Part shown: piece by piece, positions 1 through 7,678 of the stretch
Position numbering within the stretch: position 1 is the first letter of the stretch
Layout: each line of letters starts with the position of its first letter
Virus record (IMG/VR): IMGVR_UViG_3300033489_000055
Span: 1 to 24,102 of that record
DNA length: 24,102 nucleotides
Strand: one strand, 5' to 3'
From: a virus
Taxonomy: Duplodnaviria > Caudoviricetes
The notes under the pieces: model-generated
Databases searched by the model: none
Told to the model about the DNA's origin: nothing
The model's input: the letters and a program-made list of their open reading frames with translations, nothing else
Program-made: the position numbers and the translations under genes

Positions 1-843
1 GTCCGCCTGGTCGATGCCCATCGTGCCGACGCGCGTCGAAACCGTCAGCGTGATCTCGCCCGCCGTCGCGCCCAAGTGCTGCGAGGCCGCGTGCGCCGTC
101 GAATCCGGCGTCAGTGTGGTGGCGTCAAGCGTTACCCTCTTGGTGGCGTTGATGGGCGCCGCGTCGATCAGCCACAGGTCGCCGGTCCCCTGGTAAATGT
201 CGTTTACCTGAACGCTCTTCGTGGACGGTGTCCCGCCGGCCGCGTCGGTCAGTGTCTCGAAGATGATGCCGATCTGCTGGCCGGCTGTCCGGTCCAGGTC
301 GGCCAGACCCAAAAACTTGACCGCCGCCGTCGCCATCTTGGATCGCCCGAACGCGATCTGGAAGCCGCCCGCGGCCACGGCCTTGTACAGGCAGCTCACC
401 AAATACTTCGCCCCGCTGACGCGCCGCTGCGAAATCGCCGCCACGCATACCTCCGGCAGCGCGATCGTGCCGCCGAAAACCACCTGCGTGAAGCCCGTGC
501 CGCTCGATGGCGCGCCCACGCCCAGCGCGTGCGCCAGCTTCACCGGATCCATCTGCGCCAGGTCCGCGGCGATCGACGATTCGACGCCGGTGACGACGCT
601 GTCAAACGGCCCGTCGTACTGGTCCAGGTTGATCAGCGCATGCGACGGCTTGACGGCCGTCGTGAGCGCGCTGGCGATGATCCCCAGGTGTACGCTCGCG
701 CCGTGCGTCACAGTGTCCGGCGTTCCGTCGCTGGCCAGGTCCACGCGAGGCGCTTCGTCTGTCGGCGCCGTCGCCAGAATCCAGAGATCACCAGGCCCCT
801 GATGAATCTCACTCGCTACGATGTCTTTGGCTGTTCCTGCCAT
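1..843 (-). CDS. Major tail tube protein with internal domain duplication (3' truncated by window edge)
   Basis: Not in ORF track. ATG at 843 after GGAGGAGG; frame open to base 1: MAGTAKDIVASEIHQGPGDLWILATAP... Follows the tail terminator gene; the N-terminal motif recurs about 203 aa later. Confidence 0.8.
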   Translation of the reverse strand, partial: MAGTAKDIVASEIHQGPGDLWILATAPTDEAPRVDLASDGTPDTVTHGASVHLGIIASALTTAVKPSHALINLDQYDGPFDSVVTGVESSIAADLAQMDPVKLAHALGVGAPSSGTGFTQVVFGGTIALPEVCVAAISQRRVSGAKYLVSCLYKAVAAGGFQIAFGRSKMATAAVKFLGLADLDRTAGQQIGIIFETLTDAAGGTPSTKSVQVNDIYQGTGDLWLIDAAPINATKRVTLDATTLTPDSTAHAASQHLGATAGEITLTVSTRVGTMGIDQAD

Positions 844-977
844 GATTCCTCCTCCGCGCTGATCAGCGCATAGCTCACTTCATCCGCGACTGCGTCGTCC
901 AGTTCGACGACGTCGCCAAACTCATACACTTGCCCCAGGATCATCACCGGCAGCGTCACGCGGTACTTGCGCTTCAC
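816..977 (-). CDS. Small 53-aa tail-associated protein (position of Mu gp38)
   Basis: GTG overlaps upstream stop (GTGA). MKRKYRVTLPVMILGQVYEFGDVVELDDAVADEV... has the Y-x-x-GDVVEL motif common in small genes before tail genes. Confidence 0.7.
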   Translation of the reverse strand: MKRKYRVTLPVMILGQVYEFGDVVELDDAVADEVSYALISAEEESWQEQPKTS

Positions 978-1429
978 GGCTCGGCCACCTCCACAGTGAG
1001 ATCGATCTCGGGGAACCGAGCCATCCCCCCGCCTTTCGCGAACAGCGGCCCGTAATCGTGGCCGACCACGTACACCCGGTTGACCTGGCCGCCCATCACC
1101 GTGATCTCGCGCGCAGCATCCGCCGCCGCGATCGCCTGGTGGACCGCGCGCACGTAGACCATCGCCGCATCGGTCACATCGCCCGGCTCGGTGCCGCTCA
1201 CCGCCAGCGTGATCTGTAGCTCGTGCGCCATGTTCTCGACGCCTTGCGCGTCCGGATCGAACAGCGTCCGCCGCGGCATCACGTACAGCGCCGGCATGTT
1301 GGCGACGATGCCGCTGAACTGGCGCCCGTACTCCCGGATCGGCTCCCGGTCCACCGGCAGCGCCGCCGGCACGCGCTTCTCCAGCGCGGTCAGCACCGCA
1401 TCGATCACCGGCTTGATGTACTCAGCCAC
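974..1429 (-). CDS. Putative tail terminator/completion protein (Mu gp37-like position)
   Basis: 151 aa; PALYV motif, C-terminal beta strand (EIDLTVEVAE); lies between gpG and tail tube. Confidence 0.7.
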   Translation of the reverse strand: MAEYIKPVIDAVLTALEKRVPAALPVDREPIREYGRQFSGIVANMPALYVMPRRTLFDPDAQGVENMAHELQITLAVSGTEPGDVTDAAMVYVRAVHQAIAAADAAREITVMGGQVNRVYVVGHDYGPLFAKGGGMARFPEIDLTVEVAEP

Positions 1430-1595
1430 GCTCCACCTTTGCGACCATCTCCCGGTACGCGGCCCGCGCCACGTCGATCGCGTGCGCCCGCGCCCACATC
1501 CGGGCCACCAGGTAGCGCAGGATGTCCGGTGACATCCACGTTGTCCAGCCCGCCGCCAGCACAGCCACTATCGCCAACAGAATCGCGTCCAGCAC
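1422..1595 (-). CDS. Small single-TM membrane protein, 57 aa
   Basis: Likely start is GTG at 1595, not 1922. MLDAILLAIVAVLAAGWTTW... then a basic helix; fills the gap between two real genes. Confidence 0.65.
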   Translation of the reverse strand: MLDAILLAIVAVLAAGWTTWMSPDILRYLVARMWARAHAIDVARAAYREMVAKVERG

Positions 1596-1609
1596 CTCTG
1601 TCCCTTGCC

Positions 1610-2905
1610 TCAGTACACGTACCCGATCGGCCCCACGTTCGCCGTGAACGTCGTCGGCACCGTCAGGCTCGGCAACGTGCCGAATGTGCCCGTTGCCGAC
1701 TTCGTCAGCACATCCACGTACGTGCTCGCCGCGATCGTCCGCAGCGTGTCCGTGGTCCCGTTCGATTGGAGCGCGACCCAGTACCGCGCCGGCCCCACCG
1801 CCGCATACGTGCTCGTGAACGCAATCTCCTGGAACGCGTTCGCTCCGCTCGACGTGGTGCCCGCCAGCGCGCTGTTCGCCACCACCGCCCCGCCATCGGA
1901 GTCGTAAAGCGCCACGATCCATTCGTCCGTGCCCACCGTCGCCCCGTTCAGCACGCCCACGCCCGTCAGTGTCACGTTGCGCGGGATGAACACCTCGGCC
2001 CAGTATGTCGTTCCCGCCACCAGTGTCGTGTTCGTGCCCAGCGACCCATAGGCCACCGACCCGATCGGTATGACCGCGTACTTACTCCTCCCCGTGTATG
2101 CCTCGCCCGACGCCGGCGTGATCACTCCGCCCGCCGACACGCTCGCCAAAACCGTCCCGGCCGAGTTTTTCCAGTCGTGCAGATTTGCCGTCTGGCTTGC
2201 CGCGCCCTGCACCGTCGCCGCCACGTTCCCCGCCGCGCTCGCCCGCGCCGTCGCTTCGTAGCTCGTCGCCGCGCCGGCCGAGGTGACAAAGAACTTCCCG
2301 CCGCCGATGTCGAACGTGCTGGTACAAGTGTTCCCGAGCAAGCACAGCCGGAAGTTCGAGTTATCCCAGAACAGCTTGGTGTTGTTCTGTGAGTACACGC
2401 CCGCCGCGATCGCGAACGGAATCGACCCTGCGGTGAATGCCGTCGCAGTTCCCGTCCCGCCCTCCGTCACCCGCACCGGGAATCCCTGCCCCGGCAGGTA
2501 CCCGCGGTAGTTCACACTAATGTTTGGCGATGTGCCACCGGAAAGCGCGCTCAGGTTCACGGTGAGAAACATGTATGTGCCGCTCAGCGCGTACGTCCCA
2601 GCCGAGGTGCACGTCTGCGAGGATTCCGTCGACCACGTCACCGCGTCCGGACTCGACTCGACGAGCAGCGTGCAGCTCGCCGGCCCGCCCTGCACCGTCC
2701 ACTCGATAACGTGATTGGTGATCCCCAGGTTCCGCACGTTGACGAAGATCACGCTCCGCCCCGTCGCCGTCTGCTTGTCGAGAAGCTGCGAATACATCGC
2801 ACTCGTCCCGCTCACCGCGCTCGTCTGCCCGTATGCCCACGCAATCAACAGCAGCACCGCCGCCGCGCCGACCGCCATCCCTATTGCCTTCTTACCTTTT
2901 TCCAT
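1610..2905 (-). CDS. Signal-peptide-bearing fibre-like protein
   Basis: MEKGKK, hydrophobic core, AYG|Q cleavage site; fibre-shaft-like motifs (VTEGGTG, LFWDNSNFRL); beta-rich C-terminal domain. Confidence 0.8.
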   Translation of the reverse strand: MEKGKKAIGMAVGAAAVLLLIAWAYGQTSAVSGTSAMYSQLLDKQTATGRSVIFVNVRNLGITNHVIEWTVQGGPASCTLLVESSPDAVTWSTESSQTCTSAGTYALSGTYMFLTVNLSALSGGTSPNISVNYRGYLPGQGFPVRVTEGGTGTATAFTAGSIPFAIAAGVYSQNNTKLFWDNSNFRLCLLGNTCTSTFDIGGGKFFVTSAGAATSYEATARASAAGNVAATVQGAASQTANLHDWKNSAGTVLASVSAGGVITPASGEAYTGRSKYAVIPIGSVAYGSLGTNTTLVAGTTYWAEVFIPRNVTLTGVGVLNGATVGTDEWIVALYDSDGGAVVANSALAGTTSSGANAFQEIAFTSTYAAVGPARYWVALQSNGTTDTLRTIAASTYVDVLTKSATGTFGTLPSLTVPTTFTANVGPIGYVY

Positions 2906-2915
2906 TTGCCTTTCC

Positions 2916-3485
2916 TCAAACTCGCCTCGCCCATGACGGGACGCTCTTGCCCCACCCCGCCCGCGCCATGATGCCGCTGACCTCTAACGGCCTCAGCCCT
3001 CGCCTGAACCCGCTCTGTGTCGCTATCTGCACCAGGTACATATGCAGGTGCCGCATGGTCCCACGCTTGAACTGCTCGGTCAGCATGATCTCCGGCCGCC
3101 GCGGCAGCACCTTGCGCGGCGCCGGCGATTGGTGATAGATCGCATACGACACCTTCGATCCCAGCGTCAGGGTCTTGCGCTCCCGCACCCGCACCGCATT
3201 CGGATCCGTGCCCGACGTAAGTGAAGCCACCAGGTCCCCCGTCCGTTGCAGGATCGGCTTGCCCGGATAGCGCACTTCCTTCCAGCCGGCGTACTCGGCC
3301 GACAGTTCCGGCCATTTCTCCCCGCCCTCCGCGCCTTCGCTTTTGAACTGGAATTTCTCCTCCGCATAGAAATCGTCTTCGATCACCGGCCAGATGGGCT
3401 TGTAGTCTGTGAGCCCGTCCGAGAACCGGGCGATCCCCCGGTCCATCTGCACCTCGCCGGCAATGTCGAGCCTGAATCGGAACAT
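2916..3485 (-). CDS. Virion morphogenesis protein (Mu gpG-like)
   Basis: FKSEG...WPELS...ILQRTGDLVASL...GSKVSYAIYHQ...LPRRP pattern typical of the gpG/tail-completion family. Confidence 0.88.
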   Translation of the reverse strand: MFRFRLDIAGEVQMDRGIARFSDGLTDYKPIWPVIEDDFYAEEKFQFKSEGAEGGEKWPELSAEYAGWKEVRYPGKPILQRTGDLVASLTSGTDPNAVRVRERKTLTLGSKVSYAIYHQSPAPRKVLPRRPEIMLTEQFKRGTMRHLHMYLVQIATQSGFRRGLRPLEVSGIMARAGWGKSVPSWARRV

Positions 3486-3710
3486 CTACTTACTAGCCAG
3501 CCCCGAAACCCACTGCTCGAACTTGCCCATTGCCTCGGCCGCGAGTTTATGCAGCGGCGCCGTGATCTCCAGGTGCCGCTTCCACAGCTCCGCCTTCGTC
3601 GCCGCGTCCTGCCCCTCGATGATCTTCTCCGTCAGCGAGCAGCCCGCGATGATCGCGTCCTCGTATGGCCCGTGCACCTTGATTACTTGCTGTTGCTCCG
3701 CCACCGCCAT
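3486..3710 (-). CDS. Hypothetical protein, 74 aa
   Basis: ATG after GGGGAGG; stop abuts the gpG start; helical composition. Confidence 0.7.
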   Translation of the reverse strand: MAVAEQQQVIKVHGPYEDAIIAGCSLTEKIIEGQDAATKAELWKRHLEITAPLHKLAAEAMGKFEQWVSGLASK

Positions 3711-3714
3711 CCTC

Positions 3715-3756
3715 CCCTTTGCCTTTTGCCCTTTGCCCTTTGCCTTTTGACTTTTG
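3715..3756. repeat. Heptamer tandem repeat, 6 units of (C/A)C(C/T)TTTG
   Basis: CCCTTTG CCTTTTG CCCTTTG CCCTTTG CCTTTTG ACTTTTG, intergenic. Confidence 0.95.
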
Positions 3757-3765
3757 GTTTCGGGG

Positions 3766-4236
3766 CTACCGCCAGTACAGGATCGAGACGATGTACCCGG
3801 CCGCGATTGGTTGGCCGGTTACAAACGTGACCGTCTGCCCGTCGATCTGGTAGTCGTGCGTCTCCGCCATTAACAAGCCGTTCGCGTACACCTTCACCGG
3901 CGTGCCCACCGCGGGCGCCGCCGTAAGCTGAAATGTCTGCGTCGGCACTGTCACCAGGAACGTGTGCCGTGCCTCCGTGCGAGCCGAGGGAACGACCGCT
4001 CGAATCACCGGCGGAGTTGCCGCCGTGTCTATTTGTATGCTCGAATCCGGCTGCACCAAGAGCCAGCCGCCCGGCGTCAGCACGCGGATCGCCGTGAAGC
4101 TCGTCACTGGAGCCTGCACCATCGCGTCCGGAACCTGCGTCGGCGGCCCCTGCGCCAGCGCCGCCAGCCCGATCCCGAGCGTCAGCATGATCGCCACCAG
4201 CAGCCCCGAGAACTTCCAATCTTTGATCCCTTGCAC
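3766..4236 (-). CDS. Signal-peptide-bearing small beta-sandwich protein
   Basis: MQGIKDWK, hydrophobic core, ALA|Q site; C-terminal VKVYANG...DYQIDGQTVTF...P..G..V pattern resembling fibre-adaptor domains. Confidence 0.8.
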   Translation of the reverse strand: MQGIKDWKFSGLLVAIMLTLGIGLAALAQGPPTQVPDAMVQAPVTSFTAIRVLTPGGWLLVQPDSSIQIDTAATPPVIRAVVPSARTEARHTFLVTVPTQTFQLTAAPAVGTPVKVYANGLLMAETHDYQIDGQTVTFVTGQPIAAGYIVSILYWR

Positions 4237-4262
4237 CTTCGTGCCTCCGTGTCTTTGTGGTT
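4237..4262. repeat. Short 8-9-bp-unit repeat element (CTTCGTG/CTTTGCG type)
   Basis: CTTCGTGC CTCCGTGT CTTTGTGGTT fills the whole intergenic gap; related to elements at 9505 and 18902. Confidence 0.65.
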
Positions 4263-5016
4263 AGAAGATTTGCGTCTTTGAGAACGCCCGCTCGGCATCC
4301 CCGTCATCCGTCTCGATGTCACCGCCCGCAAACTGCGTTCCGGTTTCCACCGTCGCCGCGGCCGGCTTGAACAGCTTGTCGTACCCGCCGTCTCCGAGCG
4401 TCTTCAATTCCCGCCCGAAGTCCGCCTGCAAATTCTTGGCCAGGCCCCACTCGCCCTGGCTGAACTGCCCCGCGATCGCCGACGCCAGCCGCGCGGCCGC
4501 GCCGTACCGGTTGATCAGCTCCAGCACGCCCGCCGGCGTAGGCATCGCCGTCGCCGCGTCCGGTTGCTGCCACTGCGTTGAATCCAGCGACAGCCCCCGC
4601 CGCAACATCGCGCCCGCGATCGACTGCGCGATCGACCGCATCCAGCCCTCGATGGCCGAGTCCTGCACCTGGCCGCCGCGCCGGAAGCCCGGCACCTCGC
4701 CGCACACCGCCTCGATGTTGGTCCAGCTCTGTAGTGTTGAAGCCGGGTACGGGAAATTGACCGTGAACGATACGATCGCCGACCGCGATCCGTCCTCGTT
4801 CTGGACAAACACGCTGACGACAGCCGACCCGCCCGCCGGCCCGACCAGGTCGGCCGGGATCGCCGCCTCCAGCTCGGCGGCCGAGACGAACGTCGTCTCC
4901 GCCAGCGCCGGGCAACCGACCTGGGCCCCGGCGTCGAAGCCGGAGCCCAGGCAAGTGATCACCGTCCCCGGAGGGCCGAGGGCCGGTGAAACCGAAGTGA
5001 GCGTAGGAGCCGCCAT
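4261..5016 (-). CDS. IPT/TIG Ig-like domain fused to putative head-tail adaptor (Mu gp36-like position)
   Basis: N-terminus PTLTSVSP..GPPGTVIT..GSGF...TTFVSAAEL...V.VQN.DG..S...FTV is IPT/TIG-like; helical C-terminal half; directly follows the capsid gene. Confidence 0.75.
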   Translation of the reverse strand: MAAPTLTSVSPALGPPGTVITCLGSGFDAGAQVGCPALAETTFVSAAELEAAIPADLVGPAGGSAVVSVFVQNEDGSRSAIVSFTVNFPYPASTLQSWTNIEAVCGEVPGFRRGGQVQDSAIEGWMRSIAQSIAGAMLRRGLSLDSTQWQQPDAATAMPTPAGVLELINRYGAAARLASAIAGQFSQGEWGLAKNLQADFGRELKTLGDGGYDKLFKPAAATVETGTQFAGGDIETDDGDAERAFSKTQIF

Positions 5017-5022
5017 CTTGCC

Positions 5023-5952
5023 CTACTGGAGGCAGTTGCTGAACAGCGCCCCGGCGTACTGGTCGATGACCTTCTGGTCGTAATACTTGTGGACCTCGAC
5101 CACGTCGGCCAGGTTCGGCTCCCAGTAGTAGCGGTTCACGAACTGCGCCTGGCCAGCCCCGAACGCCTGGTTCCACTGGAACGTGTAACCGAGCGCCACG
5201 GTCTTCCGGCCCGGGGACGGAGGCCGGTACGCCAGCAGCGCGTACTCGCCCCACACCCAGCCGTTGGAGTTCGGCTGGCCTTCGTTCGCGGTGTCGTACA
5301 CCGCGCTGCCGATCAGGATCTCCTGCAGCCCCAGGTACGCGGCGAGTTGCCCCGTGGTCACTGCCGCGTCCGCCAGGTTTCCGGCGCCGTTGATCAGGCT
5401 CCGCACGTTCGCGTTGAGCTTCAGTGCGGACCAGACCGGATCGGAAAGCGCCAGTACATTCGGCTTCTGGCCGACCGCCAGCCCGACCGTCAGCATCTTC
5501 GCGTCGATGATCGCCAGCGGGTCTACGTCATCGCTGTCCCAGGGCGTGCTGGTCTGTGCGGTCGGTGTCATGCCCGCCGCCACCGCCGCCACCAGGTTGG
5601 CTTCTTGATTGAGCAGGATCTGCCCCGTCAGAAACTCCGTGGTGTCGCTGAGCATGTCGAGCTGCGGCAGCCCGTTGCTCTGGTTCTCGCGCGGCACGTA
5701 GTCCTTCAGAGCGTGCCCGTCGCAATAGAACGTCCCGTCCGAGTAGGTCCAGCGCGATGGCCGCGCCTCGGCGCCCGGCGACCGCCGGTCGTCGCGGACC
5801 CGGTACACTTCCTTGCCGTGGATCAGGTACTTGTCGCTCTGCTTGGCAACTGGCACCGGCAGGAACACCCGCTCGGCGATGAACGTCCCGTTTCTGTAGC
5901 CCACCGAAACATCGGTGAGCCGTTGATCGATGTGAACTGTGCCTTCCGGCAT
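5023..5952 (-). CDS. Major capsid protein, 309 aa
   Basis: ATG at 5952 after AGGAG (ORF track start 6027 is too long). IDQRLTDVSVGYRN..FIAERVF..VPV, GQKPNVLAL, GYTF and GALFSN motifs; head-gene context. Confidence 0.9.
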   Translation of the reverse strand: MPEGTVHIDQRLTDVSVGYRNGTFIAERVFLPVPVAKQSDKYLIHGKEVYRVRDDRRSPGAEARPSRWTYSDGTFYCDGHALKDYVPRENQSNGLPQLDMLSDTTEFLTGQILLNQEANLVAAVAAGMTPTAQTSTPWDSDDVDPLAIIDAKMLTVGLAVGQKPNVLALSDPVWSALKLNANVRSLINGAGNLADAAVTTGQLAAYLGLQEILIGSAVYDTANEGQPNSNGWVWGEYALLAYRPPSPGRKTVALGYTFQWNQAFGAGQAQFVNRYYWEPNLADVVEVHKYYDQKVIDQYAGALFSNCLQ

Positions 5953-6089
5953 CTCTTCTCCTAAGCCCTCCACCTTGCACCGGCGATATCCGGAGCCCGT
6001 TCCCCGGAAGCCTGACGCGATCGCCACCAGTGCCGCCGGCGCGCGCCCGTCAGGAACACGCGCCGGCCATCAACGGGCCCGCTCGACTG
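5953..6089 (-). promoter_or_regulatory. Structured intergenic leader upstream of the capsid gene
   Basis: Stem 6035-6045/6057-6067; nested stems 5977-6033; 7-nt complementarity 6011-6017/6048-6054. Confidence 0.5.
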
Positions 6090-6503
6090 CTAGCTCGCGG
6101 CCGTCTTGGCCACGAACGGCTGAATCTGCAGCTCGAAGATGTCCCCGTCCGCCGCCGCCGCCGTCCGCGCCACGCCGATCACGTAGTTGATCTTGGCCGA
6201 GCCCGGCGCCAGCACCACGTCCGCCTGCGCCGAATTCATCTTTCCGGCGCTATCCGCGATGCGCACATAGTCGCCCACCGCGATCGTCCCCGTCGCTGCC
6301 ACCGCAAAGCTCCGGCCGCTCTCTTTCACCGGAACGCTCCGGTACTGGGTGGCCTGCGCCTCCTGCGTGATGCCGATGAACTTGCCTTCGTTCTCGGCGC
6401 TCGGCTTCTTGACGGCTCCCGCCGCCGTGCCTTGAACAACCGCCCGATAGATCAGTACCCCGGCGGCGTCCTCGATTTTGTAAGACCTGATTTCTCCTGT
6501 CAT
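6090..6503 (-). CDS. Capsid decoration/cement protein (DUF2190-like)
   Basis: 137 aa; FIGIT, IAVGDYV..ADSAGK, IGVARTAAAADGDIFEL motifs; between protease and capsid genes. Confidence 0.8.
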   Translation of the reverse strand: MTGEIRSYKIEDAAGVLIYRAVVQGTAAGAVKKPSAENEGKFIGITQEAQATQYRSVPVKESGRSFAVAATGTIAVGDYVRIADSAGKMNSAQADVVLAPGSAKINYVIGVARTAAAADGDIFELQIQPFVAKTAAS

Positions 6504-6522
6504 GACTGGTTCGTTCGCCTCC

Positions 6523-7080
6523 TCAACTGCGCATCAGCTCGGCCCGGCGCTGCGCCAGGTCGGGATGCTCGCTCAGCACCGCCTTGAACGCCGTGCCGTA
6601 GCTCTGGTCCTTGTTCGCCGCGAGCTTGGCCTGAACCTGCTCGTCGATCTGCCGATCGATCTTCTTCAGGTCTCCGCCCTCGCCGCCGCTGCCCGCGATG
6701 CCGTGCTCGCTCAGATCGATCTGCGGCTTCATCGTCTTGAGCAAATCGCGGAAGCCGTCGATGTCCGACAGCGCCAGCTTCTCGTAGTGCGGCCGCTGCG
6801 CCGGCGTGATCTTGCCGCCCTGCACCGCCGCATCCAGCTCGAGCTGCGCCTGCTGCGCGTGGAAGATCTCCCCCGCGATCAGCGTCCCCTGTTCGTGCGG
6901 CAACGAGGCGAAATCCAGCCTCCCCTCCTTGTCGCGTTTCACCTCTGAAAGACGGAACACTTTCGGCTCGGGCTTGAGCGCTTCCAAGCCCTCGACCGGC
7001 AGCGTGACTTCCTTTCCGTCCTCCAACACCGCGCGCACCGTGCCGGCGGCGCGATCCGCCATGATCAACTTTGTGATCAC
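6523..7080 (-). CDS. Nested scaffolding protein (Mu gpZ-like), in-frame internal start
   Basis: GAGGAGG, 5 nt, then in-frame GTG at 7080, right after the protease domain; contains AVQGGKITPAQR. Confidence 0.7.
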   Translation of the reverse strand: MITKLIMADRAAGTVRAVLEDGKEVTLPVEGLEALKPEPKVFRLSEVKRDKEGRLDFASLPHEQGTLIAGEIFHAQQAQLELDAAVQGGKITPAQRPHYEKLALSDIDGFRDLLKTMKPQIDLSEHGIAGSGGEGGDLKKIDRQIDEQVQAKLAANKDQSYGTAFKAVLSEHPDLAQRRAELMRS

Positions 7081-7614
7081 CGTAACCTCCTCATCGCCGC
7101 CGTCGCGGTCGATCTCTCTCCACCCGGCCTCACTCAGTGCGATAGCCGGCAGATCCTGCAACACCGGAATGTTCGTCAGCGCCGCGCTCGTCAGCGTCCA
7201 GCCCTGCTGTTCGCCCGTCTTGATGTCGCGCGTCGCCGGATTCATCACCGGCGAAAAGTACTTGTACTCGCGGGCCTTGATGTAGGCAGCCGCCTTCTCC
7301 GTCCACTCGGCCATGGCCCACAGAATGCCGTGCTCGTCCGGGGCGTCTTCGATCCCCTTGATCCACCCCGCCGCCGGCACCGCCGCTCCGCTGCCCGCCG
7401 CGAATTCGATGCCGTGCTCGTAATCGATCGGCACCTCGCCGTTTGGCCGTTTGCAAAAGTTGGCGACCACCTGGCTCAGCATCTCGCGCGTGATCCGGAT
7501 TTTCTGTTTCCCCTTCCACCAGGTCCCGATCTTCGCGATCGCGATCCGCACCAACTGCCCAGGCTCCCCCGGCTCCGCCAGGAGAACTACAAACCGCGGC
7601 ATGCTGCTCGTCAT
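6523..7614 (-). CDS. Mu-like prohead protease (gpI) with C-terminal scaffold region
   Basis: PIDYEH, PAAGWI, EWTEKAAAYIKAREYKYFSP and SAALTN.P motifs of Mu-type protease I. Confidence 0.93.
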   Translation of the reverse strand: MTSSMPRFVVLLAEPGEPGQLVRIAIAKIGTWWKGKQKIRITREMLSQVVANFCKRPNGEVPIDYEHGIEFAAGSGAAVPAAGWIKGIEDAPDEHGILWAMAEWTEKAAAYIKAREYKYFSPVMNPATRDIKTGEQQGWTLTSAALTNIPVLQDLPAIALSEAGWREIDRDGGDEEVTVITKLIMADRAAGTVRAVLEDGKEVTLPVEGLEALKPEPKVFRLSEVKRDKEGRLDFASLPHEQGTLIAGEIFHAQQAQLELDAAVQGGKITPAQRPHYEKLALSDIDGFRDLLKTMKPQIDLSEHGIAGSGGEGGDLKKIDRQIDEQVQAKLAANKDQSYGTAFKAVLSEHPDLAQRRAELMRS

Positions 7615-7628
7615 CCTCTCTCCCTTCG

Positions 7629-7668
7629 GAGAGCCGGAGCCCCCTCCCCCGAGTCGGCCCCGGCCCCC
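7629..7668 (-). promoter_or_regulatory. Intergenic hairpin upstream of the protease gene
   Basis: Minus strand GGGGGCCGGGGCC...GGCTCCGGCTCTC forms a 13-bp stem with G-U pairs; no U-tract follows. Confidence 0.5.
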
Positions 7669-7678
7669 GTGCGCTGGT

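Noticed and set aside
6076-6102. GGCCCGCTCGACTGCTAGCTCGCGGCC as a CCGAGCCGCG-family element
   Set aside because: Similarity too loose for a GC-rich background.
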